DNA of 47,711 nucleotides from a virus (lineage: Duplodnaviria; Caudoviricetes), in the IMG/VR virus record IMGVR_UViG_3300005805_006188, positions 1 through 47,711 of that record; one strand, written 5' to 3'. Both the position numbers and the translations under genes were made by a program. Below, piece by piece: positions 1 through 9,137 of the stretch. The notes beneath the pieces are model-generated. The model did not search any database and was not told where the DNA came from. It saw only the letters and a list, made by a program, of their open reading frames with translations. The stretch's first letter is position 1, and the number at the start of each line of letters is the position of its first letter.

Positions 1-807
1 AATATTTGTTTCTATGTTTTTAACGGATTTAAAGTAATTAAAATTTTGCTCTATAACGTTCCATTTTGCTGGAAATCTGATATATTCTAGATCTGTGTTT
101 ATAGCATCAATTGAAACTACAATTTCTACTAATTTAAATTTCTTAAAGATTTCTTTCCATTCATCATCAAGTACAGTACCATTTGTTTGAATTTTTAAAA
201 TTTTATCACTACACTTCTCGTTGTTTACGCTTGCTAATATTTTTTTAATTGCCGGCACCAACATACTTTCTCCACCCCTGAGATCTAATTTTATTGCGTT
301 TTCTAATACTAAATTAAAATTAGTTTCTATAATGGCATTGTCAATAATATAATCACTACTTTTAAAATTTGATATTTTTAAAATGTTATCCTCTACTAGT
401 AGTAGAGAACTATCCTCTGGTTTACAAGTAAGGCACTTTAAATTACATAAATTAGCACATTGAAATTCTACCGATAAAGGAAAATCAATGAATTGAAACA
501 TGCGATAGTTTTGTATTTTTTTATCAGGACTTAAAGTTACAAATTCTCTATCCAGAAGAGAATAAGTTCTTAAAGATTCGTTAAAAATTAATTCTGACTC
601 ATAGCACTGGCGGCATTCTTCAACTGGCTGGCCTGATAAAATTTTTTCTCTAAATTGTTTTAATTTTTCTCCATTCCAGTATTCTAGTATATTTTCTTTT
701 TTAATGTTACTTAAGTTTTTAACATTACAACATGGTCCTATTCCGCCATTCGTCCCAACTGTGACAGATAAAAATGGGTGTGTGCAAAAAGTATTCTTAA
801 GAGGCAT
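1..807 (-). CDS. Radical SAM protein with N-terminal SPASM/twitch-like Cys cluster (3' end runs off the window)
   Basis: Not in the ORF track because it is truncated. Manual translation from ATG at 807 gives MPLKNTFCTHPFLSVTVGTNGGIGPCCN...ECRQCYESE...ANLCNLKCLTC (CxxxCxxC)...LDLRGGE...IQTNGT...VSIDA...YIRFPAKW. The frame is open to position 1. Confidence 0.85.
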   Translation of the reverse strand, partial: MPLKNTFCTHPFLSVTVGTNGGIGPCCNVKNLSNIKKENILEYWNGEKLKQFREKILSGQPVEECRQCYESELIFNESLRTYSLLDREFVTLSPDKKIQNYRMFQFIDFPLSVEFQCANLCNLKCLTCKPEDSSLLLVEDNILKISNFKSSDYIIDNAIIETNFNLVLENAIKLDLRGGESMLVPAIKKILASVNNEKCSDKILKIQTNGTVLDDEWKEIFKKFKLVEIVVSIDAINTDLEYIRFPAKWNVIEQNFNYFKSVKNIETNI

Positions 808-815
808 TTATTTTT

Positions 816-2195
816 TTACCTACATGCATAATATTTACACTCATCCCAGAATTCCTTCATTTCGGGAAAAGTATTTAAAAACCATGTACCTCTACGTTTG
901 TCATGCTCGTTAAAGAACCTATAAAAGTCAGCACGTTGTAGTTTAACATACTCTGGTTGTAATTTCCAACCTTCCTTCATCCAGTCCAAAACTCGTTGCA
1001 TTCTTTGCACTTCGTAATCTTTAAATCCTTGAAATGGCTGATCTGGAGTTTCTAAATTTTTCTTCATCCAATTTATTACATCTTGTAACCGTGTTGTATA
1101 TACCGGAGGAAGTATTTGTAAACTTTGCCAAGTGGGCTGTCTAAGTATAGGAGTATCAAACCAAACTCGTTGATATGTGGAACTATGATATCTCCTTAAA
1201 GATAAAATAGTTTCTAATTGTCTTCTTAATCCTAATACACTAAGATTATTCATAGTAATAATAAATGTCAAACTATTACGATAGGGTATATGCCTTAAGA
1301 AATTATCTACTCTGGCGATAACCTTTTTAAATTCCATTCCGTGTCTTATATATTCTGCATGTTCAGGAATGCCAGAATCTAAACTCACGTACTGCATAAA
1401 ATGCTCTATATTTGTATTACATAATTGTTTAACATAATTAAAATATTGTTCCCATAATTTTTCGTCTACACTAAAATTGCTTGTGACATCAATATGTAAA
1501 TCTGATTTAGGAAACGCTAATACATAATCGAATACTTTGTAAGTATTACGATCCATAAGTGGTTCGCCGCCGGTCATTCGAAAGTGTTTGAGTTTTGGAT
1601 ATAAACTTGGCCACCATTCCCAAAAGGCATTAACATACGGATTATTTTCTCGCACTGGTATAGGTCTTCTGCGACCGGTAAAATGGGAAGCATCATTATG
1701 AGTAGTTGAGGTGGGATATCCTCCAAAACGTCTAACTTCATCATCCCAACTACTACTAAACTGAGGACTACAATAGGAACACATAAGATTGCAAGCATGA
1801 TTAAAATTGACTTCCACATAGGAAGGAATACAGTCCTCATCGCCTGTAGCATTTGAAATAGCTTCATAGTGTTCTGCAGCCCATGGTTCACCTGATCTGT
1901 AATGTCTATCACTTAAGTTTCCTAGGTCTTCTTGAGTCCAACAATAACTACACTCAGACGGTCGCTCGTGTCTAAGCATGATTTTTCTTTGTTCTTTTTT
2001 GTAAGGTGTGTTATGTAAGGCTCCAGGATTCTCTTTTAACAATGTTGTATCTATTTCATGTAACGGAGGATGATAACAACTATTAGTTAATCCAGTTGGA
2101 AGATGTAGACTTACTTGTTGCCACTTAGCAAGACAAAGTCCTTCTCCTAACTTTGTTTTCATCTGCTCTGCCGCAGACATAAAATTGCTTACCAT
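816..2195 (-). CDS. Radical SAM protein with N-terminal twitch/SPASM-like domain
   Basis: CNLMCSYC (CxxxCxxC), TGGEP, TSN, VSLD and YIRHG motifs; N-terminal CLAKW...SCYHPP...ECSYCW cysteine cluster. Confidence 0.9.
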   Translation of the reverse strand: MVSNFMSAAEQMKTKLGEGLCLAKWQQVSLHLPTGLTNSCYHPPLHEIDTTLLKENPGALHNTPYKKEQRKIMLRHERPSECSYCWTQEDLGNLSDRHYRSGEPWAAEHYEAISNATGDEDCIPSYVEVNFNHACNLMCSYCSPQFSSSWDDEVRRFGGYPTSTTHNDASHFTGRRRPIPVRENNPYVNAFWEWWPSLYPKLKHFRMTGGEPLMDRNTYKVFDYVLAFPKSDLHIDVTSNFSVDEKLWEQYFNYVKQLCNTNIEHFMQYVSLDSGIPEHAEYIRHGMEFKKVIARVDNFLRHIPYRNSLTFIITMNNLSVLGLRRQLETILSLRRYHSSTYQRVWFDTPILRQPTWQSLQILPPVYTTRLQDVINWMKKNLETPDQPFQGFKDYEVQRMQRVLDWMKEGWKLQPEYVKLQRADFYRFFNEHDKRRGTWFLNTFPEMKEFWDECKYYACR

Positions 2196-3118
2196 CCTTC
2201 AATCCTACGAATAACATCAATTTCAGTCATCATTATTTCACTGTTACGTTGGCCAGTTGAATAATGATGTTTAAAGAATCGACTTTGATCAGGGGTATAT
2301 GTGACAATAGGTAACCCTAATCTTTTAGTTAGTGCATCTTCGATGCGTTCGCAACCTTCGTGTGGATTTTCTTTTCCAAAACTTTCCCATAATTTTTCTA
2401 ACATGTCAAAGTCTTGCACATAATGATGATCCCATCCTTCTATCATGATCATGTAAGTACCTAGTCTTGCACCGTACATGGCCCAATAACCATTTTCTAC
2501 ATCAGCACCCACACTTTGCCATATACATAAATGATCGTAGTTACGATTGTTAACACGTTCTTCAAATTCCTGTAGTGTAGGTTTATGACCACGGTCCAAA
2601 CACATCTTAACACCTTCACGGAATCCGGCACGCCATGCTTGCTTGGCGCTGCCATTGGGGTAGGTTGTACTATAACAATTGTGCATGGCTGTATACTTAG
2701 GATCAAAGCAAAATTCAACTGCCGTTTCTTCATCACCAAGGCTAGCCTCGTGTGTTCGCATGTTGTTGACAAAATCTTTAGTCCAACAACTAACTCCACC
2801 GTTGCCATATCTTAATCCATTTACAACATTACGTGCCTTCCATCTAAAAACGTGGTCATGATTTCTTTCATCCAACGATAATTGTAAGTTAAAAAATTCT
2901 GGATCTGGAATATTATCTCCATCAATAAGTACGAAACGGTCTGTGTCGCTGGCGGCGGCGGCTGCTTTATGCGCCGCATCAGACCCTTTAACTCCATCAA
3001 CTCTCTTTGCCCATGGCACCATGTTTTGAATCCGGATCCAAAATTCTTCTTTTTTGGGTTCATCATATGTGAGGAAAATGCAGTCTAAGTCTGCTATATC
3101 AATTATTTTTGCGGTCAT
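2189..3118 (-). CDS. Glycosyltransferase-like protein (GT-A fold)
   Basis: N-terminal DCIFLTYDEP strand, AHKAAA helix, then FVLIDGD (DxD) and a GNGG motif; coupled to both neighbours. Confidence 0.65.
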   Translation of the reverse strand: MTAKIIDIADLDCIFLTYDEPKKEEFWIRIQNMVPWAKRVDGVKGSDAAHKAAAAASDTDRFVLIDGDNIPDPEFFNLQLSLDERNHDHVFRWKARNVVNGLRYGNGGVSCWTKDFVNNMRTHEASLGDEETAVEFCFDPKYTAMHNCYSTTYPNGSAKQAWRAGFREGVKMCLDRGHKPTLQEFEERVNNRNYDHLCIWQSVGADVENGYWAMYGARLGTYMIMIEGWDHHYVQDFDMLEKLWESFGKENPHEGCERIEDALTKRLGLPIVTYTPDQSRFFKHHYSTGQRNSEIMMTEIDVIRRIEGW

Positions 3119-3479
3119 AAAATTCTATTTCTAAATATTCTTCGTCTATACCCAAGGCAACGGCTGCATGTCCTTTTACTACCGGTTGCCCTTGATTACT
3201 TTTATATAACTGTCTTGTATTAATTGGATTTGGATCAATTACCTTTAGCTGTCCTTTAACCACTCTCAGTAAGTTGGTATTGTTTCTATGAAAGATGTCG
3301 GGGTCATCTAATACAACATAGTTACCTTCTGGGTGGCCCGATTCCCACAAACCAATTATTGTTCCATCGTCGTTATAGTACAACCTGTATTCTTTAACTA
3401 ATACAGGTCTATTTTTTTCCATTTCCTCAGCAAGTTCTAGTCCCTTAACAAATTCTTGCCATGGATCTAAAGTAGTCAT
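3099..3479 (-). CDS. Hypothetical protein in the glycosyltransferase cluster
   Basis: ORF fills the gap between two glycosyltransferase-like genes. Start is more likely MTTLDPW at 3479 than 3509 because the overlap is shorter. Confidence 0.6.
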   Translation of the reverse strand: MTTLDPWQEFVKGLELAEEMEKNRPVLVKEYRLYYNDDGTIIGLWESGHPEGNYVVLDDPDIFHRNNTNLLRVVKGQLKVIDPNPINTRQLYKSNQGQPVVKGHAAVALGIDEEYLEIEFYDRKNN

Positions 3480-4284
3480 ACATTTCCTCTGTTGGAAAAT
3501 CTTTTTCATGATAGTGAACAGGATGATATTGATTAATATTATTAATTCTAATCATACCTTGATCAAATTCAGTTACATACGTGTCTTGAAATTTAGCAGA
3601 CTCCGGGTAACCGTTAATAGACGGTTTCATATGTACAAAATTTATAAAGTCCATACTAGGTATAGTACAAAATTCTCTACCTATTATCTCTGCTGCAATT
3701 GCATACACTACGTCTGTAGTTGGATATTCATCTCTACAATTTAATAATGTATTCTGAACTGTTGTCCAGTTATTAAAAATTTCTGTTGCTCGTCGGAAAA
3801 AATCTGCTGCTGTTTGGCTGTATTTAAAATACATCAGTCCGTTATATACATCAGGTAAACTATTGTCATCAAATAATTTTCTGTATCTACGACTTGTTGC
3901 AATCTGTTGCAAATAATTTTTACACCCTGTGCTTAGTACTAAATCTCGTAATCTAAAAGCATGCCACCAATGGTCTATGCTCCTAGTTAGTAACAAATCA
4001 CTTTCTAATTTAACAGTCTCTTTAAAAGGTGTTAACCAAAATGCCTGCACTTCTAGACCGTATGGGCCAGTAGTACTAACAGGTGCTTCGATTATATAAT
4101 CAAACGCTTGTTTATGATGTTCTTGTATTTGTTGATTGGTTTCTGGGTCAACTATTACAGCAAATGATTTTATTCTTTGTGTAGTTTTAATATTTAGTGC
4201 TTGTAAATAAGCCAATTCAAGATAATTAACTTCGACTGTATTGGCCGCGATAGTTAGAAATCCTTGTTGTTCTCTATGATTCAT
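3445..4284 (-). CDS. GT8-like glycosyltransferase (paralog of 4281..5054)
   Basis: GFLTIA-N...YLELAY; TPFKETVKLESDLL (DxD position reads ESD); YNGLMYF; TTDVVYAIA; FVHMK. Confidence 0.65.
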   Translation of the reverse strand: MNHREQQGFLTIAANTVEVNYLELAYLQALNIKTTQRIKSFAVIVDPETNQQIQEHHKQAFDYIIEAPVSTTGPYGLEVQAFWLTPFKETVKLESDLLLTRSIDHWWHAFRLRDLVLSTGCKNYLQQIATSRRYRKLFDDNSLPDVYNGLMYFKYSQTAADFFRRATEIFNNWTTVQNTLLNCRDEYPTTDVVYAIAAEIIGREFCTIPSMDFINFVHMKPSINGYPESAKFQDTYVTEFDQGMIRINNINQYHPVHYHEKDFPTEEMYDYFRSMARIC

Positions 4285-5054
4285 AGGCTGTCAATTAACT
4301 GTTTAAAATTGTCACTTTGTAAATAGGCTTTACTCATAATGTGAACGTTAGTGCGAGGTACTACATAACTCTTATTTTGATCCTTAATAATTAGTCGTGG
4401 ACCATGTATAGAGATAGAATTGATAACTTGATCTACAGTTAACATATTACCCGGTATAGACTGTGTACCAACGGTGTATCCATTTAAAATGTAATCAGCT
4501 ATAGCAAAAGCATAATCGTTTCTATAATTGCGTTCTCTTATATTAAACAAACTGTGATAATATCCATAATTGTTTTGTACTCTCCTAACCAAATTAAAAA
4601 ATAATTGTGCTTTAGGTGTTTTTCTAAAAGCAAACACTGTTGCCCATACGAATGGCAAACTGTTAGGTCCCATTGTACCAGGCCATTCCTGAGTCAGTGC
4701 GTAGCTATTTCTTTGTAACAGGTAGTCCCAGGGAGTATCAAAAATTAATCGAAGATTATCATCAAGTATCAAATAATCTGCATCGATTACAAGTGTTTCA
4801 TTGTAAGGACTTAAATTATAAACCGAACATCTATCAAAGTTATTCCACGGCACAAATTTACCTGTATCAATGTCATAACGTTGATTAAACTCTGTAGAAG
4901 TTGGTTGTATAATTGTATAAGGAAGTTTTAGAATTTGGCTGGCCACGGACAATGTCTTTTCAGCAATACTGACATAATCTGTTGTTTCTGTATTAGCAGC
5001 AAATGCTACTATGCCTCTAGATTTTGCGGATTTTTCTAAGTTCTTCGTATTCAT
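4281..5054 (-). CDS. GT8-like glycosyltransferase
   Basis: RGIVAFA-N...DY; SPYNETLVIDADY (DxD); WATVFAF; RNDYAFAIA; VHIMSK. Confidence 0.7.
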   Translation of the reverse strand: MNTKNLEKSAKSRGIVAFAANTETTDYVSIAEKTLSVASQILKLPYTIIQPTSTEFNQRYDIDTGKFVPWNNFDRCSVYNLSPYNETLVIDADYLILDDNLRLIFDTPWDYLLQRNSYALTQEWPGTMGPNSLPFVWATVFAFRKTPKAQLFFNLVRRVQNNYGYYHSLFNIRERNYRNDYAFAIADYILNGYTVGTQSIPGNMLTVDQVINSISIHGPRLIIKDQNKSYVVPRTNVHIMSKAYLQSDNFKQLIDSL

Positions 5055-5331
5055 TATGCCAACGATTCATTACCTGTTGATAGTGCTGTTGTGCTGTTAC
5101 TAAAAACGTTTGCCTATCTATTTTTACTGGATTTTGGTAAGTGTCCTCTAAATATATTTCATCTACAGGCCAAGTTTTTACGAACGCAATTAATTCTGGA
5201 GTAATTTTGAATAATCCGCCGTTATGAGTCATATGTAGATCTGTTTGAATTTTTTCTCGCAAGATCTTTTTGTTTATTTGAAAATCCGTAGCTAATCGAA
5301 TTTCCTCAACTAAGCTGTTAATATTGTCCAT
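5017..5331 (-). CDS. Hypothetical protein
   Basis: 104-aa ORF, first gene after the 5348-5388 hairpin/promoter; overlaps the next gene. Confidence 0.7.
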   Translation of the reverse strand: MDNINSLVEEIRLATDFQINKKILREKIQTDLHMTHNGGLFKITPELIAFVKTWPVDEIYLEDTYQNPVKIDRQTFLVTAQQHYQQVMNRWHNEYEELRKIRKI

Positions 5332-5347
5332 AGTGTAAATGTAGAAA

Positions 5348-5375
5348 CTGGTTAGTGCAATTATACACTAACCAG
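5348..5375 (-). terminator. 10-bp perfect inverted repeat, probable intrinsic terminator or regulatory hairpin
   Basis: CTGGTTAGTG (5348-5357) and CACTAACCAG (5366-5375) with an 8-nt loop; followed on the minus strand by TTTCT (short U tract); lies after the last fibre gene. Confidence 0.55.
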
Positions 5376-5388
5376 CGTTAGAGAGCAA
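5360..5388 (-). promoter_or_regulatory. Sigma70-type promoter for the glycosyltransferase/radical SAM cluster
   Basis: Minus strand TTGCTC (5388-5383), 17-nt spacer, TATAAT (5365-5360). Confidence 0.55.
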
Positions 5389-5396
5389 AGAGTTTT

Positions 5397-6350
5397 TTAC
5401 GAACCTTGACGTGTAACTGTCACTGCGCCCCAGGTATTTGATAAATTTGTAACTTCTGGATAAGAAACATCCACAGTTACAGTAGGAGTAACACTCAATG
5501 AATCATTAAATGATAATGCACCGGATCCTTGTGTTGAATTTACAGTTGCCCAAAAACTGATGATGTCGCCGTTGTCATTGAATGACCCACGTGTGCCATT
5601 TGTTCTTACTGTAATTGTTCCAGTATCGGTAGTGTAACTTGCTGTTGTACTAGTAACAGAAACCACAGTGACATTGGCAATGGTTAGATTATAGTAGCCA
5701 ACTGTAGTAGCATTAGTACCGACGGTTCCACCAGCGCCGGTTCTACCACCATTTGTATTGGCGCCGAATAATGCTACTCCGCCTAGATTGTCAATGATAG
5801 CTTTAGCTGCTACTGATCTTGCCACTGCATCAGCAGTGGCAGTAATATTGAACTTTAATCTCCCGCCGGCATTAAAGAAAAATCTTGCTTTATCAGGGCT
5901 TTCAAAAGCCACATTAGCACCAAAAGATCTAGTAATTGTTGCAGATGTTGATCCCGAAGTCCATGCAGCATATGCAGTCAAACTGTTATGATTAGCAATC
6001 AAAGCAGAATTAGAAGCAAATAACATTCTATCTGAGTTTACGCCATTAATTTTTTGTTCAAGACCGCCGGAGTAACCAATTATTTGACCGGCGGTGTTAG
6101 CAGTTAATCCAGAACTTGTACCATTAATATGTGTATTAGCAGAATTTAAAGTATTAACTAAAGAAGCCCATTGTGTGGCTGTTACTAAACTTAATGCAGA
6201 AACTTGGCTAACGGCAGTTTGTCCATACCCGCGGCTGTTGGCTCCCCAGGCCCATACTGCATTAAGTTGCGTACTTGTAATTGATGTGTTAGAACCGACT
6301 AATGTATTGTAGTCTGCGGCTTCTATTAGCCCACCTTGTGAATATGACAT
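5397..6350 (-). CDS. Virion structural protein, tail fibre/baseplate-associated
   Basis: Rich in Ser/Thr/Gly/Ala/Asn with beta-strand character; ARFFFNAGG motif; downstream of the fibre genes. Confidence 0.6.
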   Translation of the reverse strand: MSYSQGGLIEAADYNTLVGSNTSITSTQLNAVWAWGANSRGYGQTAVSQVSALSLVTATQWASLVNTLNSANTHINGTSSGLTANTAGQIIGYSGGLEQKINGVNSDRMLFASNSALIANHNSLTAYAAWTSGSTSATITRSFGANVAFESPDKARFFFNAGGRLKFNITATADAVARSVAAKAIIDNLGGVALFGANTNGGRTGAGGTVGTNATTVGYYNLTIANVTVVSVTSTTASYTTDTGTITVRTNGTRGSFNDNGDIISFWATVNSTQGSGALSFNDSLSVTPTVTVDVSYPEVTNLSNTWGAVTVTRQGS

Positions 6351-6365
6351 ATATTGAAATTCCTA

Positions 6366-7868
6366 TTAACTATTCAATTTGACTATCGCTTCTACAGTAC
6401 CTTCGCCGGTATCTAGTTTATTCTCTAGAGACCGACCGATTACATTCCACGGAGTCATTTCATTTTTTGCAGCAGCTCTAGCCAATCCATTTCCGGCTGA
6501 AACTAATCTGTCCCCTTTTTGAACTTTTCCTATTACTCTAACTGGTACTCGTCCACTTACTGCTACAGGAGGATGTGTCTCATCTGATCCGGCGCCGCCG
6601 TTCATGAGATATGCTGCTCTAGTACTTATGACACCAAACACATCTTCACTTAATTCTTCTACTACTTTGGTGATTTCTTTTGTTCCGCCCAATGCGACCA
6701 CTGTGCCAGGATCAAGTCTTGAATCCGATTCAAATCTTTCTGCCAAGTCAGCATATTGTGCAGTTATGGATGTTCCTCTGAAAGTTCCTGCCCATACATT
6801 TGCAAACCAAACAGTAGAGCTACCCAAACTATAAGTTAGGTTAGCCGAAGGTAGTATATTAGCAGCAAATGTACTAGTGCCTGTTCCTCCGCCTAATACT
6901 GTATCTACATAATCTTTTGTGGCAAAACTGTACCCACTAGAACCAGCTGTGGGATTAGCATAAGCTTCGGCTAATCCAGATGTGGCATTACCTTTAAAAA
7001 ATGGTGTATTTACAGTGGCTTTTTTAACACTTAAAATTATATCACCATTATTAGTTACATTTCTCAAATAAACGTCGTTACCGGAAACATATCCTTCGAA
7101 ATCGTTGTCTGAACCAAATTTTAATCCGGTATCATTTGTTAATGATAACGATCCGTTTATTGTACCGCTCTGATCATTTCTTAAAAAGTTTCCTGCAGGA
7201 GTTGAAACTCCACTATAATTTAAATTATTTGCTACGTCTGCATTACCATAGAATGCTTGACTAATTGCTGTGCTTAGATTTAAACCTCTATTAACAGTGG
7301 TAAATCCAGTAATTGCTGTGGTAAAGCTAGCTTCTTTACTCCAAATACCAACCAGAGTATTGTCAATATAAAATTTTAAAACTACATATGTGGCGGCAGG
7401 AGAAATCGCTACAATTGTATCGGGAATAGCACCAGTGTTACCAGTGCTTGATGTACCAGCTGGCCCAATTACTGTCCAAGCACTTCCACTCCATACTTTC
7501 AATTGTAAATTTGTACTATCCCACCATTGTTCGCCGGTAACAGGAGTTCCTGTATAGCTACCACTGGATGTAATCATCGAGATCACTTTCCATGCAGCTG
7601 ATGCTGTGCCTTTAACAGTAGCGGTGTTTAATTTAAGATATCGACCTGTTGAATCGTACCATAATTGCCCAGGTAAAGGTGCAGTAGGTGCACTGGATTT
7701 AGCAAAATTTTCAATCAATTGAACAAAATTTTGATTTAAAAATACCCCGTAACCTGGATAGTTTTTACCAACTAATGTTAAACTTGAATTTGTTTGATCT
7801 ATGGTGCCGTCTGTTAATCCTCCTGAAATTAACGCAGTACCGTTTGATAAATTAATATTATAAGCCAT
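6366..7868 (-). CDS. Tail fibre-like protein with C-terminal intramolecular-chaperone/Peptidase_G2-like domain
   Basis: N-terminal LVGKNY..NFVQLIENFA..P.PGQLWYD; C-terminal YADLAE...GVIST...GRVPVRVIG.V.KGDRLV...IGRSLE. Confidence 0.7.
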   Translation of the reverse strand: MAYNINLSNGTALISGGLTDGTIDQTNSSLTLVGKNYPGYGVFLNQNFVQLIENFAKSSAPTAPLPGQLWYDSTGRYLKLNTATVKGTASAAWKVISMITSSGSYTGTPVTGEQWWDSTNLQLKVWSGSAWTVIGPAGTSSTGNTGAIPDTIVAISPAATYVVLKFYIDNTLVGIWSKEASFTTAITGFTTVNRGLNLSTAISQAFYGNADVANNLNYSGVSTPAGNFLRNDQSGTINGSLSLTNDTGLKFGSDNDFEGYVSGNDVYLRNVTNNGDIILSVKKATVNTPFFKGNATSGLAEAYANPTAGSSGYSFATKDYVDTVLGGGTGTSTFAANILPSANLTYSLGSSTVWFANVWAGTFRGTSITAQYADLAERFESDSRLDPGTVVALGGTKEITKVVEELSEDVFGVISTRAAYLMNGGAGSDETHPPVAVSGRVPVRVIGKVQKGDRLVSAGNGLARAAAKNEMTPWNVIGRSLENKLDTGEGTVEAIVKLNS

Positions 7869-7890
7869 TTTTTATATTCTCCAACTTACT

Positions 7891-7898
7891 TATTTATG
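7891..7898 (-). promoter_or_regulatory. T4-like late promoter (CATAAATA)
   Basis: TAAATA core in the intergenic gap about 22 nt upstream of the 7868 start. Confidence 0.6.
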
Positions 7899-7914
7899 CG
7901 TATTTTTTGCATTC

Positions 7915-9132
7915 TTAAATCCGTCCCACACTGATCTCAATTATCTGTTGTGTAGTTGAATCTACATCTTCAAGTGATTTCCCAATTATAGATCCTAATA
8001 CAGGTAAATCTGCTTTTATTGCATACCCTGGAGTATCTGATGTAGTTAATAAATCTCCTCTTTGAACAGGTCCTATTACCTTACAAGGAATTCTTCCTTG
8101 AAGTGCTATACAGACCCTAGTTCCTTGTAATTCTTTATTCATAACAAAAGCAGGATTAGTTGTAACTACACCTGCTACTTTTGTATCATTTCTGTTGGTT
8201 GAGATTGTTACTTCAGCAGTTCCACCGAAGGACACAACTGTTCCAGATTCGTACTCGTTGTCGCTATTATAATATTCCGCTAAATCAGCATAATTTGCAT
8301 GTAAAGTTGCACCAGAGCCTAGTGTCCATTGGCCTTGTATTGTGACTGGAGTAGATAAGCTTGAATATCCAGCTGCTGATAAAATTGTTACTCCCCCAGG
8401 AGTTTTAAAATTCACAACGGTGTTTCCTGCTCCGGAGTTATCTAACACAACATTACCATTAACCGATAATTCTTGTGCATTTACGCTGCCTGTTCCTGAT
8501 GTAATATTACTATTAAGAGTGTTAAGATTGGAATTAACGCTTGAAATATTAGCATTAACTAAACTTATGTTTGATGCTATAGCAGCATTGACTTGAGCAA
8601 TTACTTGATCAATTGAATTTCTAACATAAGAATAGGTCGTTACGCCTAAATTATTTGTTGCATTACCAGCCACTGTGATTAATCCAGTGGTTCCGTTTAT
8701 ATGTAAAACATTTGTGAAGGTACCAGATAAATTTGCATAAAATGCTATATTACCGGAATTGGATTTCTTAATAAAACTTACTGCACCAAGATATTCTTGT
8801 ATTTCAAATTGATTACTTCCAATGAATAAATTACCATTGGTTGTAATATTTCCCACTATTGACGTACCAACTGAATTCCAGCTATCATCTGACAGGTCAT
8901 AGACTTTTATGGTTCTATTGGTAGTGTCATACCACAGTTGTCCAGTGATGGGATTTATTGGGCTAGTATTGTAAGCAAAATTCTCTAAAAGTCTTACAAA
9001 ATTCTCATTCTGATTTTCACCATAATTTGATGATAATTTACCTAATAAAGTCAAACTAGTACTTGTTGTATCTTTAGTGCCATCTAGCACTACTATCGCT
9101 GTCCCATCGGTTTTATTAATAAAATAAGACAT
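7915..9132 (-). CDS. Tail fibre-like protein, paralog of 6366..7868
   Basis: Same N-terminal module (NFVRLLENFA..P..GQLWYD) and same C-terminal module (YADLAE...GRIPCKVIGPV.RGDLL); short coiled-coil segment in the middle. Confidence 0.7.
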   Translation of the reverse strand: MSYFINKTDGTAIVVLDGTKDTTSTSLTLLGKLSSNYGENQNENFVRLLENFAYNTSPINPITGQLWYDTTNRTIKVYDLSDDSWNSVGTSIVGNITTNGNLFIGSNQFEIQEYLGAVSFIKKSNSGNIAFYANLSGTFTNVLHINGTTGLITVAGNATNNLGVTTYSYVRNSIDQVIAQVNAAIASNISLVNANISSVNSNLNTLNSNITSGTGSVNAQELSVNGNVVLDNSGAGNTVVNFKTPGGVTILSAAGYSSLSTPVTIQGQWTLGSGATLHANYADLAEYYNSDNEYESGTVVSFGGTAEVTISTNRNDTKVAGVVTTNPAFVMNKELQGTRVCIALQGRIPCKVIGPVQRGDLLTTSDTPGYAIKADLPVLGSIIGKSLEDVDSTTQQIIEISVGRI

Positions 9133-9137
9133 TTTGA

